The notes under the pieces were generated by a model that saw only the letters and a list, made by a program, of their open reading frames with translations, searched no databases and was not told where the DNA came from. Positions 41,878 through 52,730 of a stretch of DNA of 64,000 nucleotides are shown in pieces (within the stretch, counting starts at the first letter, position 1; every line of letters starts with the position of its first letter). A program made the translations under genes and the position numbers. Origin of the DNA: Bacillales bacterium (lineage in GTDB: Bacteria > Bacillota_I > Bacilli_A > RFN20 > CAG-449); contig JAQXGN010000020.1 in the NCBI GenBank assembly GCA_029006735.1, positions 35,902 through 99,901 of the forward strand. The letters are read 5' to 3'.

Positions 41878-42459
41878 ATGAGTGAACATATTGAAATTGA
41901 GGCTAAAGTATTACTCTTAAAAGAAGAATATGAAAGCATTATCGATTATTTAGGTTTAACTAGATATAAAAAGGTCAGTCAAACAAACTATTATATCGAT
42001 ACATCTGACTCATTTTTAAAGAAAAATGGTATTGCTTTACGAGTTAGAGAAAAAAGTGATCAGTTCGAATTAACCCTAAAAACGCCTTTAAGTGAAGGTT
42101 TATTAGAAAAGAATGAAACTATGTCATGGCGTGACTTCGATTTATTAAAAGAAAAGAATTTCTTTCCTGAAGGTGGCATTAAAAAATTTCTTGCTATATT
42201 AGGAGTAGATGTTGATGATTTAAAAATTCTTACTAGTTTAACAACAGAAAGAATTGAAATTAAATATAAAGATAGTACTATATCAGTTGATAAAAATCGA
42301 TATAGTGACATCGTTGATTATGAATTAGAAGTAGAGGCTACTTCTATGGAAAATGCTCAACAAATTGCTTTAGATATTCTAAAGAATAGTAATATTGAAA
42401 ACTCTACATTCAATAAAGTATCAAAACAAGCAAGAGCTTTAAATGCATTAAGAAAGTAG
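41878..42459 (+). CDS. CYTH-domain protein (triphosphate tunnel metalloenzyme, YjbK-like)
   Basis: EIEAK signature (HIEIEAKVLL). The likely start is MSEHIE with AAGGAG RBS. Confidence 0.75.
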   Translation: MSEHIEIEAKVLLLKEEYESIIDYLGLTRYKKVSQTNYYIDTSDSFLKKNGIALRVREKSDQFELTLKTPLSEGLLEKNETMSWRDFDLLKEKNFFPEGGIKKFLAILGVDVDDLKILTSLTTERIEIKYKDSTISVDKNRYSDIVDYELEVEATSMENAQQIALDILKNSNIENSTFNKVSKQARALNALRK

Positions 42460-42466
42460 GAAACAT

Positions 42467-43459
42467 ATGGAACATATTATTTTAAGTGGTATTAAGCCAA
42501 CAGGACAACTTCATTTAGGAAGCTATATTGGTGCGATTAGCAATTTTATTAAATATCAAAAAGAAGATGATAAAACATTCATCTTTATCGCTGATTTACA
42601 TGCTTTAACTTTACCAATTGATCCAAAAGAATTATATGAAAACACTAGAGATTTGGTAGCATTCTATTTAGCAGCAGGATTAGATCCAGAAAAAGTTGCA
42701 ATCTTTTTACAATCACAAGTCCCTGCTCATAGTGAATTAGGTATTATATTAAATAACTATGCCTATATGGGAGAAATGAGTAGAATGACACAATTTAAAG
42801 ATAAATCAGCAAAACTCAACGAAAAATCAATCGGTTTAGGATTATTTACATACCCTGTTTTAATGGCAGCAGATATTCTTTTATATAATGCAGAAATAGT
42901 GCCTGTTGGAGAAGATCAAAAACAACACGTTGAATTATGTCGTGACCTAGCAATAAGAATCAATAATCGTTATAAACAAGAAATCTTTGTAGTTCCTACT
43001 CCTGTTATTGCTAAAACAGGTGCAAGAATTATGTCTTTATCTGATCCAACAAAGAAAATGTCAAAATCAGATCCAAAAGGTGATATTTTCTTAAAAGATG
43101 ATTTAAAAATAGCTCGTAAAAAGATTATGTCTGCTGTAACTGATTTAGGTTCAGAAGTAAAATATGATAAAGAGAATAAACCTGGTATCTCTAATTTATT
43201 AACGATCTATTCTTGCTTAAAAGGTATTACTATTGAAGAAGCAGAAAAAGAATTTGTTAATCAAAGATATGGTGAATTTAAAAAAGCTGTCGCTGATGTA
43301 GTATGTGCTTTCTTAGAAGATATACAAAGTAAATATACTAAAGTCATAGAATCTGGAATAATTGATAAAGTTCTTCATGATGGTGCATTAAAAGCAAGTA
43401 AGATTGCTGATGAAACAGTTGAAAGAGTAAAAAAAGCTATCGGTCTTTATTCCTTCTAA
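42467..43459 (+). CDS. trpS: tryptophan--tRNA ligase
   Basis: HIGH-type KPTGQLHLGSYIGA and KMSKS motifs; 330 aa. Confidence 0.9.
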   Translation: MEHIILSGIKPTGQLHLGSYIGAISNFIKYQKEDDKTFIFIADLHALTLPIDPKELYENTRDLVAFYLAAGLDPEKVAIFLQSQVPAHSELGIILNNYAYMGEMSRMTQFKDKSAKLNEKSIGLGLFTYPVLMAADILLYNAEIVPVGEDQKQHVELCRDLAIRINNRYKQEIFVVPTPVIAKTGARIMSLSDPTKKMSKSDPKGDIFLKDDLKIARKKIMSAVTDLGSEVKYDKENKPGISNLLTIYSCLKGITIEEAEKEFVNQRYGEFKKAVADVVCAFLEDIQSKYTKVIESGIIDKVLHDGALKASKIADETVERVKKAIGLYSF

Positions 43460-43673
43460 CAAATTTATTCCATCCATTATCAAAATAAATTGAAAAAACA
43501 ATAATTATTATTCCAATAGGTAATAAGTAAGCTTCAAATCTAGATAATGTTACTTCAAGGTATTCTAATAAGGAAAAACCCATTGAAAACAAAGATATAT
43601 AGATTATGAAATATACTAAGCCAATAGTTGTTAATATTATTCCTAATAAATAAAATAATAATCGATATAATAT

Positions 43674-43706
43674 AAAAATCACCATTTAAATGTATGGTGA
43701 TTTTTT
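43674..43706. terminator. bidirectional terminator
   Basis: AAAAATCACCAT...ATGGTGATTTTTT stem with flanking A/T runs. It overlaps the start of the doubtful 82-aa ORF. Confidence 0.55.
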
Positions 43707-43750
43707 CATTAATATTACAAAACAATAGACTTTTTAGCGATAAGTAAATA

Positions 43751-44686
43751 TTAATTAACGAGTTCTTCCATGATTTTTGCTATTTCAATACTTTGCTTAT
43801 GAGTCCAACTCTTTGCTTCAACTTCCTTTTTTTCAATTGCGTTTTTACATTCGTATAGTTGATATTCAAACCCAGTAATCTTTTTAAAATGAATAACCTT
43901 TTTTAATAATATTCCTTGATAAATGAAAATGTAATTTGGACAAGTAACATTGTCAATAACAATTTTCCCTTTTTCTCCAGCTATTTTTACTTTCATTGAA
44001 CCAAGTCTAGTTCCATCGTTATGAGCAATACCAATTGCATTTTCATAATTTATTTTAAGATCTAATTTAATCTCAATATCATTAATCATTTTTTTAGATA
44101 GAACTTCATAATTTTTATAATTATCACCTAAAATCGCAAGAAGGAAGTTAATTGTATAAATTCCAATATCTAATATTACTCCTCCACCTAATTCTTTTTT
44201 TATAATTCGTTCTTTATGCTTTAAAGGTGTAATAAAATATGAATCAACCTTTTTAATATCACCAATAATATTTTTTTTATATATTAAATCTTTAATCACT
44301 TGCATTGAAGGTAAATAATTTGTCCAAAGAGCCTCTGTAACAAATAGTTTTTTTTCTTCAAATTTTTTGTAAATATCTATTGTGTCTAGTAAACTTGCAG
44401 TAAATGATTTTTCACAGATTACTGGTTTATTATATTTTAGACATAATAACATTTGTTCATAATGAAAAGCATGAGGAGTAGCAATATAGACTAATTCAAC
44501 TTTCTCATCCTTTAGCATTTCCTCATAATTCCCATATGCTTTATTAAAATGATACTTCTTAGCAAACTTATTTGCTTTATCAATATTTCTAGATGCAATT
44601 GCATAAGCATTAAAATCCTTTAATGCATTCAATGTTTTTGCCATTCTTTTTGCAATTGTTCCTGCGCCAATAATTCCTACATTCAT
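43751..44686 (-). CDS. Gfo/Idh/MocA-family NAD(P)-dependent oxidoreductase
   Basis: MNVGIIGAGTIAKRMA Rossmann N-terminus; 311 aa. Confidence 0.8.
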   Translation of the reverse strand: MNVGIIGAGTIAKRMAKTLNALKDFNAYAIASRNIDKANKFAKKYHFNKAYGNYEEMLKDEKVELVYIATPHAFHYEQMLLCLKYNKPVICEKSFTASLLDTIDIYKKFEEKKLFVTEALWTNYLPSMQVIKDLIYKKNIIGDIKKVDSYFITPLKHKERIIKKELGGGVILDIGIYTINFLLAILGDNYKNYEVLSKKMINDIEIKLDLKINYENAIGIAHNDGTRLGSMKVKIAGEKGKIVIDNVTCPNYIFIYQGILLKKVIHFKKITGFEYQLYECKNAIEKKEVEAKSWTHKQSIEIAKIMEELVN

Positions 44687-44702
44687 ATCTATATCTTAAA
44701 AA

Positions 44703-45728
44703 CTATCTTTGTACTCTACCTGAAGCATCTCCTTGAGCTAATGCAATAACTTCACTTTCACTAACTAAATTGAAATCGCCAGGAATAGTATGTTTTAATG
44801 CACTTGCAGCGACTGCAAACTCTAATGCTTTTTCTTGATCAAAAGAATATTTTAATAATCCATGAATTAATCCACCAGAGAATGAATCCCCTCCACCGAC
44901 ACGATCAATAATTGGATTAATGTCATAATGCTTAGATTCATAGAACTGTTTTCCATTATAGATTAATGCTTTCCATCCATTATATGATGCAGAATATGAT
45001 TCTCTTAAAGTAGAAACAACATATTTAAAGGAAAATTCTTTTGCCATTTGTTCAAATATTTTCAAATAACCAGAAGCATCAGTATTTCCCTTTTCAACAT
45101 CTGCATCAGGTTTAAAACCTAAACATAATTGAGCATCTTCTTCATTGCCAATACAAACATCAACATATTCCATTAAAGGACGCATAACCGAAATAGCTTT
45201 TTCACTTGTCCATAATTTTTTACGGAAATTTAAATCACAAGAAATAGTTACTCCATGTTTTTTAGCAATAATGCATGCTTTCTTTAATATTTCTGCAGTT
45301 TTATCGGATAATGCAGGAGTAATTCCTGACCAATGGAACCAAGATGCTCCTTCAAATATTTGATCAAAATCAAAATCATCTTCACTAGCTTCTGAAATAG
45401 AAGAATGAGCACGATCATAGATGACTTTACTTGGGCGCATTGATGCGCCTGTTTCCAAATAATAAATACCTAATCTATCTCCACCTCGAGCGATGTAATC
45501 AGTTTTTACTCCATATCTTCTTAATGCATTAACTGCACATTGGCCAATTTCATGTGGAGGAACTTTACTAACAAAATATGCATCATGTCCATAATTTGCT
45601 AAAGAGACTGCAACATTAGCTTCTCCTCCTCCATAACAAGCATCAAATTCTTGGCATTGAACGAATCGAGAATTATTGCTTGATGATAATCTTAACATGA
45701 TTTCTCCCATTGTTACTATTTTTGCCAT
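44703..45728 (-). CDS. kdgK: 2-dehydro-3-deoxygluconokinase (PfkB family)
   Basis: MAKIVTMGEIMLRLS N-terminus and C-terminal GGGDSF PfkB motif; catabolic operon context. Confidence 0.85.
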   Translation of the reverse strand: MAKIVTMGEIMLRLSSSNNSRFVQCQEFDACYGGGEANVAVSLANYGHDAYFVSKVPPHEIGQCAVNALRRYGVKTDYIARGGDRLGIYYLETGASMRPSKVIYDRAHSSISEASEDDFDFDQIFEGASWFHWSGITPALSDKTAEILKKACIIAKKHGVTISCDLNFRKKLWTSEKAISVMRPLMEYVDVCIGNEEDAQLCLGFKPDADVEKGNTDASGYLKIFEQMAKEFSFKYVVSTLRESYSASYNGWKALIYNGKQFYESKHYDINPIIDRVGGGDSFSGGLIHGLLKYSFDQEKALEFAVAASALKHTIPGDFNLVSESEVIALAQGDASGRVQR

Positions 45729-45732
45729 ATCT

Positions 45733-46344
45733 TTATTCTCCTTTTATTATCTTTCTAGCTTCTAAACAAGTTCTAATAATATCTTCTTGACTACCTTTAA
45801 CAATCCAAGAACCTCCACAAGCGATAATCTTATCGCAAGCTATGAAATCTTTTAGATTAGAATTATCTACACCACCCGTTGGCATAAATTTACATTGTGG
45901 GAAAGCTGCACCTAATGCTTTTATTGCTTTTAATCCACCATATACATCTGCAGGGAAGAACTTTAATGTTGTTAATCCTAACTCTAATGCTGCCATAATT
46001 TCACTTGGTGTAACTACGCCTGGTAAATATGGTACATTATTCTCTTTACAAACTAATGCAACTTTTTTGCTTAAACCTGGAGAAACGATAAACTTTGCTC
46101 CACATTTAATAGCCTCTTTACATTGCTCTTCATTAATTACTGTGCCCGCTCCTATTAAACTATCTGGATATGTTTCTACTGCTAGTTTAATGCATTCTGC
46201 TGCACAAGGTGTTCTAAAGCAAATCTCTGCGATAGGAACATCTCCTTTATGTAATCCTTCTAGTACAGTAAGAGTGTCTTCTACTCTATTTAAAACTACT
46301 ACAGGAACAAGTTTGATTTCTTTAATTCTTTCCATTATATCCAT
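45733..46344 (-). CDS. eda: KDPG/KHG aldolase
   Basis: 203-aa TIM-barrel aldolase with LKFFPA-type region, directly upstream of kdgK. Confidence 0.85.
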   Translation of the reverse strand: MDIMERIKEIKLVPVVVLNRVEDTLTVLEGLHKGDVPIAEICFRTPCAAECIKLAVETYPDSLIGAGTVINEEQCKEAIKCGAKFIVSPGLSKKVALVCKENNVPYLPGVVTPSEIMAALELGLTTLKFFPADVYGGLKAIKALGAAFPQCKFMPTGGVDNSNLKDFIACDKIIACGGSWIVKGSQEDIIRTCLEARKIIKGE

Positions 46345-46353
46345 AAATAACTC

Positions 46354-47769
46354 CTATTTTCTATTATCATCAAAATACTTTTTTGCATTATTGAAACAAA
46401 TATCTTCAATCATTTTACCAACAAACTCAATATCATTTGGATATTCTCCTTCTTCAATAAGATTTCCCACAAAGTTACAAAGAATTCTCCTAAAATACTC
46501 ATGACGCGTATAAGATAAGAAGGAACGAGAATCTGTTAACATACCAATAAATCGAGATAATAACCCTAAATTAGATAAAGCGGTCAATTGTTTTTGCATA
46601 CCATCTTTCTGATCTAAAAACCACCACCCAGAACCTAGTTGCATTTTCCCTGGATTATTTCCTTCACCAAAACAAAATGCCACTGTTGCAATTACTTCCA
46701 TATCACTAGGATTCAAAGAATAAAGAATAGTCTTTGGTAATTCATTTGTTTCATCTAATTTACTTAATGTTTTTGATAATGCCAATGCACAACAACCATC
46801 ATTAATTGAATCATAACCAATATCTGGACCATATGAATTAAACATGCGTTTAGAATTATTTCTTAATGCTTTCATATGATATTGTTGAACCCAACCACGA
46901 GAGAAGTATTCTTTTCCTAGGAAAACATTAATATAACTTTTATATTTTGCTAGTTCAATCGCAGTTAATTTTATCCCATCTAATCCTTTTTTCAATATTA
47001 TATCGATTTCTTCTTTTGTAGAATCATCATATACTACTTCTTCTAATCCATGATCTGCAATTCTACAACCTACTTGATGAAAAAAATCTATTCTATCTAT
47101 CAATGCTTTTTCTAATGAATCAATATCACAAATAGAATAATTAACTACTTCACTTAATCTATCGATATATTCTTTAAATTGGCAAGCATCAATATTTAAA
47201 ATTTTATCTGGCCTAAATGAAGGATAAACATGAGTTTTAAATGATTTATCTTCTTTTAATAAAATATGATATTTTAAATCATCAATAGGATCATCTGTTG
47301 TACAAATAGTATCAACATTACTCATATTTATGATGTCTCTTACCCCATGATTTCTAAGAAAATCATTCATTTTCTCATATATTTCATCAGCATTTTTTAA
47401 ACTCAAAGTTTCTTCGATATTAAAATATCTTTTCAACTCTAAATGTGACCAATGATATAAAGGATTACCTAATGTATAAGGAAGAGTTTCTGCCCATTTC
47501 AAGAATTTTTCTTTATTAGATGCATCTCCCATTATATATTTTTCTTCTACACCATTATTTCTTAATGCTCTCCATTTGTAATGATCGCCGAATTTACCAT
47601 CAACTAACCATAATTCTACAACATCAGAAAAATGACGATCTTCATAAATATCTTTAATTGGTAAATGACAATGATAATCATAGATAGGCATATTTTTCGC
47701 ATGATCATGATATAAGATTTTTGCAGTATCATTATTTAGCAAAAAATCTTTATCCATAAATTCTTTCAT
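46354..47769 (-). CDS. uxaC: glucuronate isomerase
   Basis: LYHDHAKNMPIYDYHCHL aligns to E. coli UxaC LYHDYAKDQPIFDYHCHL. Confidence 0.9.
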   Translation of the reverse strand: MKEFMDKDFLLNNDTAKILYHDHAKNMPIYDYHCHLPIKDIYEDRHFSDVVELWLVDGKFGDHYKWRALRNNGVEEKYIMGDASNKEKFLKWAETLPYTLGNPLYHWSHLELKRYFNIEETLSLKNADEIYEKMNDFLRNHGVRDIINMSNVDTICTTDDPIDDLKYHILLKEDKSFKTHVYPSFRPDKILNIDACQFKEYIDRLSEVVNYSICDIDSLEKALIDRIDFFHQVGCRIADHGLEEVVYDDSTKEEIDIILKKGLDGIKLTAIELAKYKSYINVFLGKEYFSRGWVQQYHMKALRNNSKRMFNSYGPDIGYDSINDGCCALALSKTLSKLDETNELPKTILYSLNPSDMEVIATVAFCFGEGNNPGKMQLGSGWWFLDQKDGMQKQLTALSNLGLLSRFIGMLTDSRSFLSYTRHEYFRRILCNFVGNLIEEGEYPNDIEFVGKMIEDICFNNAKKYFDDNRK

Positions 47770-47785
47770 AATTTACCCCTTTCAA

Positions 47786-48829
47786 TTATTTATTTACTTT
47801 TTCATATGCTTCGAATAATCCATTGATATAAGCACATCCTAATGCTCTATCAAATAAACCATAGCCAGGTTTTGCATCCTCTCCCCAAATATTTCTTCCA
47901 TGATCTGGTCTAACATAGCCATCGAACTTATTTTTCACTAAAATCTCAACTATTTTAGCCATATCAATTGATCCATCTTTAGAGATATGTCCAACTTCAC
48001 AAAAAGAATCTTTATCATCTGTATATAAGACATTTCTTAGGTGAGCAAAATGAACTCTACCTTGTTTAGAATACTTGTCAATCATTCTATATAAATCATT
48101 ATTTCTTCCTGCGCCAAAACTACCTGTACAAAATGTTACACCATTATTTAAAGATGGAACTCTATTAAATAATCTATCCATATCTTTTTCAGTAGAAATA
48201 ATTCTAGGTAAACCAAATACATCCCAAGGTGGATCATCTGGATGAATTGCCATATTAATACCGACTTCTTCACATACAGGAATTACTCTTTCTAAAAAAT
48301 ATACTAAGTTTTCAAATAATTGATCGTGAGTAACATTACTATATTCATTTAATAGATTTTGTAGTTCAGAAGGAGAATAAGATTCATCCCATCCTGGAAG
48401 ATGTAAATTCTTTGGATCTACTTTAATAAAATCATCATAAGAATAACTTAATGATGTCGATCCATCTTTGTTTTTATGATATAGTTCAGTTCTTAACCAA
48501 TCAAATACTGGCATGAAATTATAACAAACGCATTTAACTCCAACACTAGCGCATCTTCTTAAATTTTCAATGTAATTAGCGATGTAATAGTCTCTAGTAA
48601 ATTTACCTAATTTAATATCTTCGTGAACAGGAATTGATTCAATTACTTCCATTTGTAAATCGTGTTCTTCACATGCTATTTTTAATTTTTCCAAAGATTC
48701 TAATGGCCATATTTCTCCAACAGGAACATCATATACTGCAGTAACAACGCCACTTAGATTTGGAATTTGTCTTAAATATTGTAGTGGAATTATATCATTT
48801 AATCCATACCATCTAAATGTTAATTTCAT
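47786..48829 (-). CDS. uxuA: mannonate dehydratase
   Basis: MKLTFRWYG N-terminus and CYNFMPVFDWLRT, HPDDPP motifs shared with E. coli UxuA. Confidence 0.9.
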   Translation of the reverse strand: MKLTFRWYGLNDIIPLQYLRQIPNLSGVVTAVYDVPVGEIWPLESLEKLKIACEEHDLQMEVIESIPVHEDIKLGKFTRDYYIANYIENLRRCASVGVKCVCYNFMPVFDWLRTELYHKNKDGSTSLSYSYDDFIKVDPKNLHLPGWDESYSPSELQNLLNEYSNVTHDQLFENLVYFLERVIPVCEEVGINMAIHPDDPPWDVFGLPRIISTEKDMDRLFNRVPSLNNGVTFCTGSFGAGRNNDLYRMIDKYSKQGRVHFAHLRNVLYTDDKDSFCEVGHISKDGSIDMAKIVEILVKNKFDGYVRPDHGRNIWGEDAKPGYGLFDRALGCAYINGLFEAYEKVNK

Positions 48830-48847
48830 AAATATTTCTCCTTAAAT

Positions 48848-49696
48848 CTATACTCCTGAATATGATGAAAATCCACCATCAATTGGAATACAAATACCCG
48901 TAATAAAGCTTGCAGCTTTTTCTGAACACAAGAATAATGTTGCACCAACTAATTCATCAACTTCACCAAATCTTCCCATTGGAGTAGCAGCTAAAATCTT
49001 GCCAGTTCTAGGAGTTGGAGTTCCATCATCATTCCATAATAATTTAGCATTTTGTGCAGTAGAGAAAAATCCAGGAGCGATTGCATTTACTCTAATACCA
49101 ATATGAGAAAAATGAACTGCTAACCATTGAGTAAAATTACTTACTGCTGCCTTTGCTCCACTATAAGCAGGAATCTTTGTTAAAGGAGTATATGCATTCA
49201 TTGAAGATATATTTAATATTGAGCATCCTTGCCTATTAAGCATATCTTGAGCGAATACTTGTGTTGGTAATAAAGTACCAATGAAGTTTAAATTGAAAAC
49301 AAACTCTACACCCGCTTCATCAAGATTAAAAAATGTTTTCATTTGTTTTAATTCATCACCAAGTTCAAAATATTCATTATCTGTTGTAGCACGTGGATTA
49401 TTTCCTCCTGCCCCATTAATTAAAATATCACAAGGGCCAAAATCTTCTAGAACTTGTTTATGACATAACTCTAATGAATCTCTTTTTAAAACATTGGCCT
49501 CATATCCTTTAGCTTTTCCCCCTTCTAAAACAATCTCATCTGCCCAATTTTGTGCACTTTCTTTTTTTAAATCTAATAAAGCTACCTTCGCACCACATTT
49601 AGCAATTGCCTTAGCTAAATAAGAACAAATAACTCCTCCAGCACCTGTAATAACTACTACTTTATCTTTTAAATCAATTGTAAATGGTAATTCCAT
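48848..49696 (-). CDS. SDR-family oxidoreductase, probable fructuronate/D-mannonate oxidoreductase (UxuB-type)
   Basis: VVVITGAGGVICSYLAKA cofactor motif; it sits between gusA and uxuA. Confidence 0.65.
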   Translation of the reverse strand: MELPFTIDLKDKVVVITGAGGVICSYLAKAIAKCGAKVALLDLKKESAQNWADEIVLEGGKAKGYEANVLKRDSLELCHKQVLEDFGPCDILINGAGGNNPRATTDNEYFELGDELKQMKTFFNLDEAGVEFVFNLNFIGTLLPTQVFAQDMLNRQGCSILNISSMNAYTPLTKIPAYSGAKAAVSNFTQWLAVHFSHIGIRVNAIAPGFFSTAQNAKLLWNDDGTPTPRTGKILAATPMGRFGEVDELVGATLFLCSEKAASFITGICIPIDGGFSSYSGV

Positions 49697-49713
49697 ATCA
49701 ATTTCCTTTCTAA

Positions 49714-51636
49714 TTATTTAACCCAGTTTTGTGATTTACCTTTTTTCAAAATATAACTAGGATCTTTTTTACTAACTTTTATAATCTTTGTTTCATCAGT
49801 TAAACCACCAGATTTAACAATAATATCATTTTCTTTTTCAAGATTGACTTTGAATTTAAATATATGATCTTTTGAGAATAATTTTTTTATTAATTTTCCA
49901 TTATTATATAATTCAACTTCATCTTGATTTGAATACACCTTTACTAATGTTTTTTTCTCTACTCGATTAACATACCTTTTTGAGCAAATATGAATCATTG
50001 GTTCTTTATTCCAATAACACTTATATAAATAGAAACTATCCTTTTTAGTTTTTCTATCATAAGTCATTAATCCTTTATGGTTCATGCCTGGTTCTCCGCC
50101 TTGATCACGAGCATCTGCAGCAAAATCAAACATATTCCATACATATGTCCCCCATAAATATGGATGGCGTTTAAAGCATTTAACCATATACTCGTGATAA
50201 ATAGCTTGATATTCTTCTGTATGGTCACCTCTTACAGGATGTGAAGAATGAAGATTTGGCATACCTTCTGATCCATATTCAGAATAACAAAGAGGATTTT
50301 TTTTACAAAATAAATGATATAAACTAATCCAAGCATCATTTAACCATTTAAATGGGACATACCAGCCTAAATATAAATTCCAACCAACTAAATCTGTAAT
50401 TTTACTAATTGGATTAAACATGCTACACATTGCATAACAAGCTATACTTGTTGGACGAGTTTCATCAAGTTCTTTGACCATTTTATTTAACTTTTTATGC
50501 TCTTCAATCATATCCTTTTTATTTGTTACTTTGATTGTTATTTCATTAGAAAGACCCCATGTAACAATACTTGGATGATTAAAGTTTTGAATCACTAATT
50601 CTTTCATTTGGCTGACGACATTTTCTCTTGCTCTATCGTTTGGCATATGTTCACTAATGTATGGAATTTCTGCCCATAAAACAAATCCCATCTCATCGCA
50701 TAAGTCATATACTTTTTGATTATGTTGATAATGAGCAAGTCGAATTGTATTTGCACCAATTTCTTTAATATAAGATAAATCTTCTTTCATATGTTCTAAA
50801 GTTAAAGCATTACCTAAACCTTTTCTATCTTGATGACGAGAAACACCATGCAAAGGATAAGATTTACCATTTAAGAAGAAGCCTTTTTCTTTATCAATAT
50901 AAAACTCTCTAATTCCTACTTTACATTTTACTTCATCTAATACTTTATCTTCTTCAACTATTTGACCAACTAATTCATAAAGATATGGATCATTAATTCC
51001 ATCCCATCTATGTGCATTCTTAACTAATAGAGAAGTTTTACTTCCACTAGAAGAAGAAACAACATTACCTTATTTATCAAATAAAGTCCATTTTACCGAA
51101 GAAGAATTTACTAAATATCCTTCAACAATTACTTCTGCATCATCATCATGACATTTTGTTATATATTTAAAGCCTGGTCCACCAAAATAATCTAGGTCAA
51201 AATGTTTCTTATTACAAATAAGGATTTCTACTTCTCGATATATTCCACCATAGAAAGTAAAGTCTGCTCTTTGAGGATAAACATAATCATTGACGCTATT
51301 ATCAACTAGAATTTTCAATACATTATGATCTAATAATAATGGTGTAATCTCTTTTCTAAATGTTGAATATCCCCCATTATGATAAATTACTTCTTTTCCA
51401 TTTAAAAACACTCTTGCACTAGCGTTAACTCCATGAAATTGAAGATATACAACTTCATCTTCTAAAATATCAATCTTATCAAATTCTTTTTCATAAACAC
51501 ATGTTGAACGATAATAATCATCCCCACCATCTGCCCCATCAATATTATTCCAAGTATGTGGCAAATCAACTAGTATTGATTCATTATTCTTATAATAGAA
51601 TTTGAAATCCTTTTTTAACTCGATTATTTTTCTCAT
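49714..51636 (-). pseudogene. GH2 beta-glucuronidase interrupted by a single in-frame TAA
   Basis: The 188-aa N-terminal sugar-binding piece (..DFTFYGGIYREVEIL..) ends ..VKWTLFDK then TAA at 51070-51072. The same frame continues GNVVSSSSGSKTSLLVKNAHRWDGINDPYLYEL.. into the 379-aa TIM-barrel piece (WGLSNE, SEYGSEG). No frameshift was seen. Confidence 0.7.
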
Positions 51637-51749
51637 AATAATACTCCTTTTCTACATTATAAATCGACATTTATCAAAGATAAATTGCATTTATTTTTGA
51701 TAAATTATGCAAAATGTATAGTAAGAAATAAAAGTAAAATGGAAAGTTA

Positions 51750-52388
51750 CTATTCTTTAAATAGTATCCTCCCTAGTCTAATATGAGTCGCACCTTTAGA
51801 AATAGCTTCAATATAATCATCACTCATGCCCATAGATAAGTATGGGAGTTTAATATTATATTCTTTTTCTAAATTTTCTCTTAATTGTAAAATCTTATCA
51901 AATTGATTTAATAATTCTTCATGTGAAGAATATCTAACACTCATCATCATTAAGCCAATTAGTTCAATGTTTTCTAGTTTCAATATTTCTTCTACAAAGT
52001 GATAAATATTATCTAATTCTACCCCATTTTTGTTTTCTTCATTATTAATCGCGACTTCAATAAAGCACTTTAATGGTGTTTTTCTTTTTTTATTAATAAA
52101 ATATGCTAGTTCTAATGAATCTAAAGAATGTAAGTAATCTATTTTATCAATCACATATTTTGCTTTATTTCTTTGTAAATGGCCAATAAAATGCCACTTG
52201 ATATCATATTCTTTTAAATGTTCATATTTATCTAAGAATGCATCTATTCTGTTCTCCCCAAAATTATTAATTCCATTATCAAATAAAACTTTCATTTCTT
52301 CAAAAGAAACATACTTTGTTGCGGCAACTAAAGTAACATTACTAGGAATGGAATTAATAAAATTTTTAATATCATCTCTCAATTGCAT
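51750..52388 (-). CDS. YggS-family pyridoxal-phosphate homeostasis protein
   Basis: MQLRDDIKNF...LVAATKYVSFEEMKVLFDNGINNFGENRID. The likely start is the internal Met with an AAAGGTGA RBS. Confidence 0.85.
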   Translation of the reverse strand: MQLRDDIKNFINSIPSNVTLVAATKYVSFEEMKVLFDNGINNFGENRIDAFLDKYEHLKEYDIKWHFIGHLQRNKAKYVIDKIDYLHSLDSLELAYFINKKRKTPLKCFIEVAINNEENKNGVELDNIYHFVEEILKLENIELIGLMMMSVRYSSHEELLNQFDKILQLRENLEKEYNIKLPYLSMGMSDDYIEAISKGATHIRLGRILFKE

Positions 52389-52469
52389 ATTATCACCTTT
52401 ATCAATTTGATAATAATACAAAAAAATAAAAATGTATATGATTAATTCATATACATTATGTATTTATTC

Positions 52470-52652
52470 TTATCTTGTGTATTTATTTTCGATAACTAAA
52501 TCGCAAGCATATTCTTCTGCAAGTTCTCTAGCTTTCTTTACGCACTCTTTTTTTGTTGGATAGTGTTTAGTAAATACTTCTCCATTAGGAAGAGCAATCT
52601 CCCAATTCTTTTCTTCTTTACAATGACGACAAGTTACTTTGTTTTTTTTCAT
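52470..52652 (-). CDS. small DUF2188-like protein
   Basis: 60 aa (KKECVKKARELAEEYACDLVIENK) with the DUF2188-like pattern; low certainty. Confidence 0.4.
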   Translation of the reverse strand: MKKNKVTCRHCKEEKNWEIALPNGEVFTKHYPTKKECVKKARELAEEYACDLVIENKYTR

Positions 52653-52730
52653 AAAAAATCCTTTCTTGTGATTAACACAATCATATTATTAGTCATCATT
52701 AAGATTTTTATTCAAAAAAGTACAAATCGA

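Noticed and set aside
42060-42311. 83-aa minus-strand ORF
   Set aside because: Antisense to the CYTH gene.
43437-43685. 82-aa hydrophobic ORF between trpS and the MocA gene
   Set aside because: Its start codon lies inside the bidirectional terminator hairpin. It overlaps the trpS 3' end, has no RBS, and is AT-rich low-complexity. Probably not a gene, though a small membrane peptide cannot be excluded.
45145-45363. 72-aa plus-strand ORF
   Set aside because: Antisense to kdgK.
45842-46504. 220-aa plus-strand ORF
   Set aside because: Antisense to eda/uxaC. Proline- and serine-rich junk translation.
49281-49463. 60-aa plus-strand ORF
   Set aside because: Antisense to the uxuB-like SDR gene.
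11094-51072. Stop-codon reassignment or programmed readthrough as explanation for in-frame stops
   Set aside because: The three affected genes use TAG/TAA, TGA and TAA respectively, while all other genes terminate normally with the standard code. Decay or sequencing error is more parsimonious.
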